From: a virus
Taxonomy: Duplodnaviria; Caudoviricetes
Length of the DNA stretch: 64,000 nt
Direction: 5' to 3' (one strand)
IMG/VR virus record: IMGVR_UViG_3300009183_000045
Below are positions 46,957 through 56,088 of this stretch, in pieces. How positions within the stretch are numbered: position 1 is the first letter of the stretch; every line of letters starts with the position of its first letter. The notes beneath the pieces were generated by a model. It searched no databases, was not told the DNA's origin, and was given only the letters and a program-made list of their open reading frames with translations. Position numbers and translations under genes: made by a program.

Positions 46957-47709
46957 CTAGACTCTTAACGCTCTATCCCAAACCATTAAATGCAAACGAG
47001 GAGACATTTTAAATCCATACTGCTTACACAATTCTGCCACTGGTTCTGCATTATCTATATGTTCTGCTCTTGAACCGGCACATACCATAATCCATATAAG
47101 ATCCCGAGGAATCATAAGACCAGGGTGATTAATAAAATCTATAAACAACTCTTGCATATCAGTTTCATCCTTGATGACAAATTTAAAACAGGAATTGTGA
47201 TCTACATGAAATTTTAAAGCCTGTAAATTATAACGCTTTTGTTTAGAATCTCCGTTAGAGGATAATTTTGGAGACGTTGTAAAAGTTGCATTATATTCTT
47301 CTACCCATTTTGGATCCGGTAGAATGGTACCATTGGTCTCAAAATCTATACGAGGAAGAAATCCAAAGTGATTTTTAAAGGCTTCTACAAACTTTAATAG
47401 AGGTTCTTGCCGGAGCATGGGTTCTCCTCCAGTAATTTTCCATATATCACCTCGACGGAGGTTATCAGCTAATCCATTTTCTTTATAAAATTTGAACAAT
47501 TGTTCAAAACTATACTTATTTTTCTTAGACCAAGAGATATAAGAATCACAACCCCACGGAGAATCTGGTGATGCCCATCCGCGGCAGGTTAGGTTGCACC
47601 CAAACAGCCTCATGAATACACTCGGATAACCAATAAACTTTCCTTCACCTTCAATGGTATGAAAACCAGGTCCATCATCACTGATCAATAGATAATTTTC
47701 TTCAGACAT
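46957..47709 (-). CDS. queE: 7-carboxy-7-deazaguanine synthase (radical SAM)
   Basis: F.TIEGEG..IG.PSVF.RLFGCNLTC...CDS, ITGGEPML, FETNGT, T.SPKL, FKFV and SPRLH...W. Confidence 0.92.
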   Translation of the reverse strand: MSEENYLLISDDGPGFHTIEGEGKFIGYPSVFMRLFGCNLTCRGWASPDSPWGCDSYISWSKKNKYSFEQLFKFYKENGLADNLRRGDIWKITGGEPMLRQEPLLKFVEAFKNHFGFLPRIDFETNGTILPDPKWVEEYNATFTTSPKLSSNGDSKQKRYNLQALKFHVDHNSCFKFVIKDETDMQELFIDFINHPGLMIPRDLIWIMVCAGSRAEHIDNAEPVAELCKQYGFKMSPRLHLMVWDRALRV

Positions 47710-47718
47710 ATATTTATA

Positions 47719-49539
47719 TTACTGCAAAATTCTAGTAACGCCATCTTGTTTTTCTAAAAGAATGACTTGATCTATTCCGGCTCTGTCCGTGGCTTTGTTA
47801 TGTGATATGATATACACACTTTCCTGGTAGGTTTCTACCCGAGTCCGAAGAATATTAAGAATTTTGTCAACTCCCTTTTCATCTAGGGCGGAATCAAATA
47901 ATTCATCATACATACTCAAGGAGAAAGAGGTTCCAGCCTGCATGCGTAATACATCTTGGAACATAAAGAGGATGGCTAGATCTATTCTCTTCCGTTCTCC
48001 TCCGCTAAAATTAAAGTAAGAACATTCTATTCCTCTCTCGTTATAAATAGTCTCTTCAAACATTTCATTAAACTCACACTTACAAGGAGCTTCTAGAGCT
48101 TGTAGATAGAAATTAAGTTTTGAATTGAGGATATTTAACATCTTTTTAATGATGAAGGTTTTTACACCTTCTTCTGACACGATATACTTGGCAGATTCTA
48201 AAACATTTATCCTTTTTTGAATGTTAGATAGTTTTGTTTCCAGTTCTTCATTTTTTGAAGAAGCGGTGTCTATTAAAAGAGTAAATTGGTTGGGTTCGTT
48301 CTGTATTTCTAAAATTTCATTGTGAATTTCTTCATTACGGCCTTTAAATTGATTTATTTCCTGGGAGACCAAATTTAAAGAATTTAATTCTTTCCCATGT
48401 TTCTTAATATCTAAATTTAAATTATTAATAGCATCAGATATTATATTGCAATTTTCTTTCTGACTTTGTAATTCCTTAGAAGTAAACTTAATTAATTCTT
48501 GATCAATTTTTATATTAGAATCAAATTCTTGAATGAGCTGTTTAATATGTATTTCATCTACATTCTCAAAATCTCTTTTACACACCGGACAAGTTTTTGT
48601 GGTTTGCTGTAGTTTTAAAATTTCTTCTTTGTTTGTTTTTACGGAAAGATTTAATGCATTTATTTTTAAATTTATATCAAAAATCTTTTCGGAACATTCT
48701 AAAGACAGAGTTTGGAGTTGAGATATTTTAAATTCTTTCTTATCAATTAGTTCTTTTAAATTTTGTTGAGCATTTTCAACTCCTTTAATATCTGCATTTT
48801 TTTCTTCTAAATTTTTGATAGTTTCTAAATTTTCATTAACCTTTTTCTGCAAGGAAAATACTTTTAAATCTAGATTGTCTTTCCATTTTTTGGATTGATT
48901 TTTGTAAGTTTCTAGGTTTTTTTGATTGTCTAAAAAATTAAAACTGTCTTGTTCATTTTGTTTCTTACACTCATTAAGATCTGAGCGAACCTGCAATAAC
49001 ATTTCGCCGAAGATGCCTAGATGCAAAACGCCTTCAACAAATTTACGCTTGTCTACCTTCTTCTGAGCCATAAAAGGTAGTGTGTTATTAGCAGTCATAA
49101 TAACTGCATTCTGAAACACTTCTTCACTGGCTCCTATAATTTCTTTTATGAGTTCGTCTGTTTTGGGTAAGGAGGATCGTGTTATGTCAACTCCATTACA
49201 TAATAATTCTGTTTTGTTGGGTTCGGCCCTTCGTGTTAGTATATAACTGTCTATTTTCTTTGAAGTAATAACATCAAAATTTAAAACAACACAACACCCA
49301 CCTTTGGATTGATTGTGGATAATTTTATCTCTTTTAATGTCTCTTATGGTATTTCCGAATAATGTCCAGTAAACTGATTCAATTAGGGTACTTTTTCCTA
49401 CACCGTTGCGACCACCCTTGTCTCTATTTTCCCCAGTAATAAGACTTATGCCTGAATTAAACCATAACTCCAGAGACTCTTCACCAACTGAGAGAAAATT
49501 TTGTATAATTATTTTTTTAAATAAAATTTGCTTCACCAA
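47719..49539 (-). CDS. gp46: recombination ATPase (SbcC/Rad50-like)
   Basis: NFLSVG, NGVGKST, coiled coil with CPVC hook, FSGGE and YDELFD. Confidence 0.95.
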   Translation of the reverse strand: MVKQILFKKIIIQNFLSVGEESLELWFNSGISLITGENRDKGGRNGVGKSTLIESVYWTLFGNTIRDIKRDKIIHNQSKGGCCVVLNFDVITSKKIDSYILTRRAEPNKTELLCNGVDITRSSLPKTDELIKEIIGASEEVFQNAVIMTANNTLPFMAQKKVDKRKFVEGVLHLGIFGEMLLQVRSDLNECKKQNEQDSFNFLDNQKNLETYKNQSKKWKDNLDLKVFSLQKKVNENLETIKNLEEKNADIKGVENAQQNLKELIDKKEFKISQLQTLSLECSEKIFDINLKINALNLSVKTNKEEILKLQQTTKTCPVCKRDFENVDEIHIKQLIQEFDSNIKIDQELIKFTSKELQSQKENCNIISDAINNLNLDIKKHGKELNSLNLVSQEINQFKGRNEEIHNEILEIQNEPNQFTLLIDTASSKNEELETKLSNIQKRINVLESAKYIVSEEGVKTFIIKKMLNILNSKLNFYLQALEAPCKCEFNEMFEETIYNERGIECSYFNFSGGERKRIDLAILFMFQDVLRMQAGTSFSLSMYDELFDSALDEKGVDKILNILRTRVETYQESVYIISHNKATDRAGIDQVILLEKQDGVTRILQ

Positions 49540-49565
49540 TTTAGTTTAACTCAAACTAATGAAAA

Positions 49566-50207
49566 TTACACCAAAAATGAGGTGTTTTTAAAAACAGCTG
49601 ATAATATATTTGTTTGATTGTCAGACGGAACTCTAATACAATCCTCTACATTTGAAGAATTTATTAAATGATAACCAATTTCATTCATAAAATTGGTTAA
49701 AGAAGACAAATTAAAATGCCACAAATGTTCATCTGGTCTTCTATGTTTCCAATTTAAAAACCATTCATCTGAATTATAATGACATTCTGGGACAGATATA
49801 TAAATGTATTTTGTTTTTAATTTCTTAATTTCATATATGTCTTCAAAATGTTCCAACACATCAAAAAAACAAACAACATCATACGAGTCTTTGTAGATAT
49901 CATCTACACAAATGCAGCCACTTGGTGTTATATATTCATTGACCTCAAAACCAAAACAGTTTTGAATCTTGGATTTAGCTGCATTTAAAAAATCACCATT
50001 TCCGAAACCAACATCTAATATACTCGTTGGAACTTTGTCCAACGAGCCTATCAAATAACCCAATCGCAAGTATGACATATTAATAGATAATTCCTTATAT
50101 ACATCATATCTTTGTTTAATATAATCTATATTATATTCTTTTTTGTGTTTAAAAAAATTTTTCTGTTTTATTAAACCGTTTTTGAATTTTTCATAGTTGT
50201 CTACCAT
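49566..50207 (-). CDS. class I SAM-dependent methyltransferase
   Basis: ILDVGFGNGDFL, GFEVN and YDVVCFFDVLEHF. Confidence 0.85.
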   Translation of the reverse strand: MVDNYEKFKNGLIKQKNFFKHKKEYNIDYIKQRYDVYKELSINMSYLRLGYLIGSLDKVPTSILDVGFGNGDFLNAAKSKIQNCFGFEVNEYITPSGCICVDDIYKDSYDVVCFFDVLEHFEDIYEIKKLKTKYIYISVPECHYNSDEWFLNWKHRRPDEHLWHFNLSSLTNFMNEIGYHLINSSNVEDCIRVPSDNQTNILSAVFKNTSFLV

Positions 50208-50208
50208 A

Positions 50209-50916
50209 TTATATTTTTATCCAATTATTTTTAGTTCTGTGTGGTTCTTCGGGATTTCTACAATATTTTAAATCATGATGAAATAATTTACTGTTTGTAG
50301 ATATACTATCAGCTAGTAAATGAAAACAAGAATCAACTGCATGTATTTCTTTTGCATTTTCTATGAGTTTACAATAATCAAAAATTATAGGAGTTATGGG
50401 TTCAACAAAAATTCTTTTTATATCTGTTCTCAAACTTTCATACACTATACGATCACCACCAGAACTTCCGTTTTTGTGTATTAAAATATATTCTTGATTG
50501 TCGGGGTTTAAAATATTATATAGATTATTTTCTCTTTCTTTATCTCTATTAAATTTAAATCCTTCCCATCTAATGTTAAAATCTATCTCATATTGTTTGT
50601 AAAAAATTTCATCCCAGGTTAAAACATTGTTAGGATCTTTTTGCAAGGAACGCAAATGGTCAAATCCTATTTTTAATAAAGAGGGATGTGTCAAATTATT
50701 TTTTGAAATAAAATTATCAATTTGATGATATTGTCCGCTCAAATATTTTACACCATTTATGTCTCTATACATAAATTTAACAGATTCTAAATTTTGAGGA
50801 GTTACTGCAATGTGGGGTTCATCTATTTGATAAAGTTTAATAAGTTTTCTTACTAACCCGTTACAAATTATATGATCTCCTAATCCCAAGTGATGATAAA
50901 TATAGGTTGTTTTCAT
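50209..50916 (-). CDS. GT9-like glycosyltransferase
   Basis: HHLGLGDHI.CNGLVR and AKEIHAVDSCFHLLA resemble GT9 motifs. Confidence 0.55.
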   Translation of the reverse strand: MKTTYIYHHLGLGDHIICNGLVRKLIKLYQIDEPHIAVTPQNLESVKFMYRDINGVKYLSGQYHQIDNFISKNNLTHPSLLKIGFDHLRSLQKDPNNVLTWDEIFYKQYEIDFNIRWEGFKFNRDKERENNLYNILNPDNQEYILIHKNGSSGGDRIVYESLRTDIKRIFVEPITPIIFDYCKLIENAKEIHAVDSCFHLLADSISTNSKLFHHDLKYCRNPEEPHRTKNNWIKI

Positions 50917-51602
50917 TTTAATTTTAAATTAAAATTATTTTTACTTCTCTTGTTATAATTTATTTGATCTATAGAATAATACGCTTCATTGCGGACATAT
51001 AATTCATCGTATGTAGATTTTTGCCATGCTGGATGTTGGTGTTCTATGATAACTTTAGATGATTTATAAACTCTTTTTAACTGAATAGAAACTTCCGTAA
51101 ATTCATTATCACACCACAAACTAATATAATCTGGATGGTATATATAATTAAATCTTTCATAATATTTTTTGCCTAATATACTAAGAGTGTTTAACCTGTC
51201 TTGAGCACCATCGTGGTACCATAATACACCATCTGTGTCTTCAAAATTATTCTTCATGTCTTGACGAATAATTTCATCATACCCCATAATTATAGGAATC
51301 ATGTCATCAGACGCCAATAGTAATATATCCCAACCAGATACTTTTTCTAAATCTGCATTTACGGCTTGTATTTTGGTTTTACTATCTCCATAAAAATAAA
51401 TTAATTTTACTCTTTCTTGATATTTCTTCAATTTACAAATAATTTCTTCATTATTCATAAGAGGATCATCTGAATCCATTGAAATCAAAAATGCTATTTT
51501 GGATATATTAAATGCCTTTTCAATATATAAATCCAAAACTTCAAAGAATTTTTCAGATCTTCCACGAGTTGGAAATTTAATTAAAATTTTATAAGAGTTC
51601 AT
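50913..51602 (-). CDS. GT-A (GT2-like) glycosyltransferase
   Basis: KFPTRGR, SMDSDD, KIQAVN, LLASDDM and WCDNE. Confidence 0.75.
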   Translation of the reverse strand: MNSYKILIKFPTRGRSEKFFEVLDLYIEKAFNISKIAFLISMDSDDPLMNNEEIICKLKKYQERVKLIYFYGDSKTKIQAVNADLEKVSGWDILLLASDDMIPIIMGYDEIIRQDMKNNFEDTDGVLWYHDGAQDRLNTLSILGKKYYERFNYIYHPDYISLWCDNEFTEVSIQLKRVYKSSKVIIEHQHPAWQKSTYDELYVRNEAYYSIDQINYNKRSKNNFNLKLK

Positions 51603-51606
51603 ATAA

Positions 51607-52152
51607 TTAACCTGTTGTAGATGGATAATAAAAATAAATAGGATCTGTTATGTAAACTTCTGTAACTAATTCTTCTTTTAAACGGAGAGAATAATCTTTA
51701 TCTTCCTGATATGATAAATCAGGAAATCCTACCTTTAAAGCAATTTCTCTCTTTACTGGATTGAGATGATTTGGACATCTATAATATATGTTATTTTCTT
51801 CATACCATTCTTTATATTTTATAGAATGAATAAATTTGCGGGATCCTAGATGTTTTTGGGTAATAATTCCTTCTATTCCAACACAATCTGGTTGATCTTT
51901 TATGGCTTCTAATATACTAGATATAAAATAAGGAGACACCATATCATCATCATCTACAAATACGATGTAATCTCCTTGAGCAGCATTCAAGAGTTCATTT
52001 CTCTTGGCTCCTATGGTTTTTTCCCCGTCATCTATATTTGCCAACATTTCAACACTATTATTAGATTGAGCATTGAGAATCCGTGCTAGATTATGAAAAA
52101 CTAAAGACCTCTTGGTGAGCGTGGCGGTTAAAATGGAAAGTTTTTTTGACAT
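51607..52152 (-). CDS. GT2 glycosyltransferase
   Basis: LSILTAT, IGAKRN.LL.AAQGDYIVFVDDDD and EDKDYS.RL. Confidence 0.88.
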   Translation of the reverse strand: MSKKLSILTATLTKRSLVFHNLARILNAQSNNSVEMLANIDDGEKTIGAKRNELLNAAQGDYIVFVDDDDMVSPYFISSILEAIKDQPDCVGIEGIITQKHLGSRKFIHSIKYKEWYEENNIYYRCPNHLNPVKREIALKVGFPDLSYQEDKDYSLRLKEELVTEVYITDPIYFYYPSTTG

Positions 52153-52153
52153 A

Positions 52154-53629
52154 TTAAAAAGAAACCAAGTAATGTATATAGTTATCTACAGAAGTTGATA
52201 AAACAACTTGTTTTATATTATCTAAACAATTTGTTATGCCATCTATTTTATGAGATTCTAAATTACTATTTTTGTATGCATTAAATTTTTTCCCATTAAT
52301 TTCATGACATATATTTTCTTGAGGATCATTTAACCGGTGTATATGAGACACACTAAAAAATTTACCAAAGGGGTGTTTGTAAGGAACTAATCCCTCTCTT
52401 ACACATCTTTCATATAAATCATCATCTTCTTTGCCCCATCCTTCATACTGATTACTGTACCCATTGACCTTGATTAGATGATCTTTATTAAAGAGAACAA
52501 CCCCTCCCATGATTTTGTCCGGGATATTAACATAATTAAACTGACTACAATGACTACTAATGTGGGATGGAACGGAAGGATAACTGTAGTCTGCATATTC
52601 GGGTAATAGATCCACATCATGAAAACATATATAATCACCAGAAGACTTGGTGTACCCTATATTGTTCAACAAGCCCTTATTAAAGGGCTTGTTGTTATCT
52701 TGTTCCACAACAATAATTTCATAATTTTCTACTTGTCTGGAAACATAGGAATGAAGAGATGGAATAATTTTTTCTAAAGCATTCTTGCGATCTCTGTATG
52801 GAATTATTATAGAAAGTTTTTTGTCTTTATTAATTTCTTTTTTTCTGCTATAATTATTTTGTAAAAACATTAAAGAATAACATAAATTTTTAATACCCTC
52901 ATCTTCTATACTGTTTGTAAATTTGCCCCATTTATTAGTAAAATGTTTAGCAGAAACGTCCCAATTTTCTTTGTATTTGTCTTTATTGGTTATAGAAGAT
53001 TCTTCATTACTTCCTAGTATATCTGTTATATAATCTTGACTGTTTAATAAATCTGGAAAATACCAAAAAGGAGGTGCTACATTATTGGTAACTAAATTGT
53101 ATGCAAAATCTACATGCTCAAATGCATTTATATAAGTTTCATCAAAATATCCTAATTTAGTTACCAGATTAGAATGTATGTACATAAATGCTCCTTGAGG
53201 GTTGTGGTAAAACCCAAGTTTAGTGCCGTCTGGTTGTTCAAGAACAAATTTTAAGGTCTTTTCATTATTTGCCACCTTTTCAAAACACAGATGATGTATT
53301 CCTGTAGAATTTGCGGCTTTAATGTAAGCATTAAACACACCCGGATCTTTAATTAGAATATCATCTTCTATGAGAAATAAGTGTTTATATCCCTTATCAA
53401 TGAGATATTTTAGGAGTATGTTCTTGCTTTTGGCTACTCCTTTTTGTTTTTTGTTTAGGATTATATGATCTACATCCCACTGAGGAGTAGCATAACTATT
53501 TTCTCCATCATTAACAACAACAAGTGTTCCTATTTTATTTCTAGGAACACTTGCAAGAACTTGCTGATAATAATCAGGTCTATTGTAGGTTAATATACCT
53601 ACTCCTATTTCTGATGGTGAGATTTCCAT
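52154..53629 (-). CDS. two-domain glycosyltransferase (GT2 + GT7 galactosyltransferase-like)
   Basis: N domain ILTYNRP...VVNDG...LIEDD...AFEHVD. C domain IIPYRDR, EQD...FNKG.L.NIG, FHDVDLLP, GGV and NGYSN.Y.GWGKEDDD. Confidence 0.88.
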   Translation of the reverse strand: MEISPSEIGVGILTYNRPDYYQQVLASVPRNKIGTLVVVNDGENSYATPQWDVDHIILNKKQKGVAKSKNILLKYLIDKGYKHLFLIEDDILIKDPGVFNAYIKAANSTGIHHLCFEKVANNEKTLKFVLEQPDGTKLGFYHNPQGAFMYIHSNLVTKLGYFDETYINAFEHVDFAYNLVTNNVAPPFWYFPDLLNSQDYITDILGSNEESSITNKDKYKENWDVSAKHFTNKWGKFTNSIEDEGIKNLCYSLMFLQNNYSRKKEINKDKKLSIIIPYRDRKNALEKIIPSLHSYVSRQVENYEIIVVEQDNNKPFNKGLLNNIGYTKSSGDYICFHDVDLLPEYADYSYPSVPSHISSHCSQFNYVNIPDKIMGGVVLFNKDHLIKVNGYSNQYEGWGKEDDDLYERCVREGLVPYKHPFGKFFSVSHIHRLNDPQENICHEINGKKFNAYKNSNLESHKIDGITNCLDNIKQVVLSTSVDNYIHYLVSF

Positions 53630-54435
53630 ATCTGCTTTAAAGATTCTAACATATCTTTTTCAGAAGTAAACCTTTCCGGAGGACCATAATTGGTTACTAT
53701 TGAAAATTTATTTTTAGATATAAAAATATCTAAATTCTTTTTAAAATTTTCCATAAAATCTTGCTCAGATCTTATTTTACTTTGACCATGGTTTGCTACT
53801 ATATCCTTTACATACAATGAAGAATTTTTAACATCTGCAAACCATCTAAAAGGAGGATGATATCCCTTTAATGATATATGCAAGGTATGGTCTACGTGTT
53901 CGAGTGCATTATAAAAAGATTCATCCATTAATCCTACATCTTTTAAAACGTCTATATGAAAATAACTCAATGCCCCTAAAATATTAGGATAAAGATCTAT
54001 TATGGTTCCGTCTGGGTAATTAACACTCTTTCTTATAATTGGTTGTCCTTGTGGATCCAAATTATGATTTCCGTGTAGCCCAAAATTAAAATGTTTTATA
54101 CCGGTTGTTTTGCTGGCTTCTATGTAAAAATTAAAAACATTGTCATCAATAATTTCTATATCATCTTCTAAAATAAATATATGTTCACATCCCTTGTCTA
54201 TAAGAGATTTTAAAGCCAAATTTTTGGCTTTACCTACACCAATCTTGCCTTCAGTTTTAATATACCAATTAAGAAAAGGTGAGACAACCACACTCTCCAG
54301 TCCATCATCTACCACAACTGTGTAAATGTTTTTGTAAGCCTGCTTTATTTTAACTAGGGACGCTTCACATTGTTTAAAAAACTCAGGCCTATCACATGTG
54401 ATAATTGCTACGCCAATATTAAAGGGTTCTTGCAT
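53605..54435 (-). CDS. GT2 glycosyltransferase
   Basis: IITCDRP, VVVDDG, GVGKAKN, FILEDD and NALEHVD. Confidence 0.85.
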   Translation of the reverse strand: MQEPFNIGVAIITCDRPEFFKQCEASLVKIKQAYKNIYTVVVDDGLESVVVSPFLNWYIKTEGKIGVGKAKNLALKSLIDKGCEHIFILEDDIEIIDDNVFNFYIEASKTTGIKHFNFGLHGNHNLDPQGQPIIRKSVNYPDGTIIDLYPNILGALSYFHIDVLKDVGLMDESFYNALEHVDHTLHISLKGYHPPFRWFADVKNSSLYVKDIVANHGQSKIRSEQDFMENFKKNLDIFISKNKFSIVTNYGPPERFTSEKDMLESLKQIWKSHHQK

Positions 54436-55168
54436 AATTTTTCTGTATTAATTCCATGGATTTAAACATCTGATCAGCAGAAACACCTGTAGGATCATTT
54501 TGACCAGGAATAAATTGATGTTTGTTATAGAAAAGACCAAAACTAATTTCTGCAGACTTTTGTTCTGTAGTGTTAATTTTATTCATTTTAACCACAGACT
54601 TATATAATCCAGGACTAACACATGGATTGAAATGATTTGGGGGATATGTACCATCTGCTCGAAGTCTTAATATATAATCTAAAGTATCTAATTGATTATT
54701 ACTGTAAAGTTGTTCATTAAAGTAACCGTATCTTTTTATTAAATTAGAATATAAGAATATAACATCTGCATTTAATTCGGGAGAAATGTTTAATGAAATT
54801 TTCTTTTCTTCATCATCAATCACTAATGTATCAGATCCGGGACCCGTCATCATCCATGTTCCAAAATTAGAAGCAGTTATTATGGTTTTATTAAAAAATT
54901 CTGGATCTGTTAATGCATAATTAGAATTAATTAAAAATAAAAATTGTTTTTTTTGTAATCTAAAATGAGTCAATATTCTATTCTTAATGGAAGCAAAAGA
55001 AATTTCCTTTTCATGACGGACACTGTAAGAAGGGAGTGTATTTTTAGTATTTGATACGACAAATATATTATTAGTCAATTCTTTTGGAATAGATTCTAAA
55101 CAGTTGTTTAACTCTGTTTGACTGTATACATCTATTATACCTATTCCTATTTTTTCTGTTAAATTCAT
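54419..55168 (-). CDS. degenerate GT2-like protein
   Basis: Aligns by eye with the two downstream GT2 domains but has LINSN in place of LIEDD/ILEDD. Confidence 0.55.
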   Translation of the reverse strand: MNLTEKIGIGIIDVYSQTELNNCLESIPKELTNNIFVVSNTKNTLPSYSVRHEKEISFASIKNRILTHFRLQKKQFLFLINSNYALTDPEFFNKTIITASNFGTWMMTGPGSDTLVIDDEEKKISLNISPELNADVIFLYSNLIKRYGYFNEQLYSNNQLDTLDYILRLRADGTYPPNHFNPCVSPGLYKSVVKMNKINTTEQKSAEISFGLFYNKHQFIPGQNDPTGVSADQMFKSMELIQKNYARTL

Positions 55169-56082
55169 AAGTCTTTTAAAAAGTTATTAAAATATCCAAT
55201 AGGCGAAAAGTAATCTTCCCACAATTTTCTATTTTTGTCTAAATTAAATGTCCTTTCTTCAATAATAGATGGTAATTTATTAATATCCCCTTCTTTAATA
55301 AAGATTATATAATCTTCCCAATTTATAATTGATTCAAACGGCAAATTAACATCAGAATCAATTAATATTGGAACCCTTCCAAAGGATAAAGTTTCATAAA
55401 ATCTGTAAGAAAAATTACCATGACCCCTGTAACAAAAATGATACATATTTTCTGTTAAATTTTTATTAAATTCTCTTCGTGATTGTATTAATTTATCATT
55501 GTTATCTGCCCAGTGATGCCAATAGGCCTCTCTTATTATAAAATCTGTTTTACATCCAATTTCTTTTATTGAATCTAATATTTTATGTCTTCCGTGTTGA
55601 ACCCTTCCACAAAATCCCACAGCCTTTTCTGGAATTAAATTACTATATTTTTGATCAGGTGATATGAAGGGTAAAATTCTTTCATTTTTGTGTCTAACTG
55701 ATTTATACAAAGAAGATCTATACAAAATAACATTATCCGGCAAATTAAACATGCCAGAATTATCATCAAAATAAAAATTAATTATTTTTATGTTCAATTT
55801 ATTAGATAATTCTAAAAAAGGTTCAATGTCTGTTAAATTAAATTTAAACGGATTTATAATCACATCTGCTAGAGATGGGTCTTCCACTAAAATATGATCA
55901 CAATTTTTACCATTTAAAAAAAGAGAATGGATTATGTTTTCATAAATTAAATCTGATAATTGTACTTTTTTTATTTCTTGATAAGTTTCAATTTTAATAA
56001 AAGGAATAACACAAAAAGAACTATGCCAATCTGATAACTTTTCCGGCGTTAACTTATCTTGATTTAAAATGTAAATTTTCAT
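55165..56082 (-). CDS. exostosin-like (GT47) glycosyltransferase
   Basis: GFCGR, FCYRGHGNFSYRFYETLSFGRVP.LI...LPF...I.W. Confidence 0.85.
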   Translation of the reverse strand: MKIYILNQDKLTPEKLSDWHSSFCVIPFIKIETYQEIKKVQLSDLIYENIIHSLFLNGKNCDHILVEDPSLADVIINPFKFNLTDIEPFLELSNKLNIKIINFYFDDNSGMFNLPDNVILYRSSLYKSVRHKNERILPFISPDQKYSNLIPEKAVGFCGRVQHGRHKILDSIKEIGCKTDFIIREAYWHHWADNNDKLIQSRREFNKNLTENMYHFCYRGHGNFSYRFYETLSFGRVPILIDSDVNLPFESIINWEDYIIFIKEGDINKLPSIIEERTFNLDKNRKLWEDYFSPIGYFNNFLKDL

Positions 56083-56088
56083 ATATTT

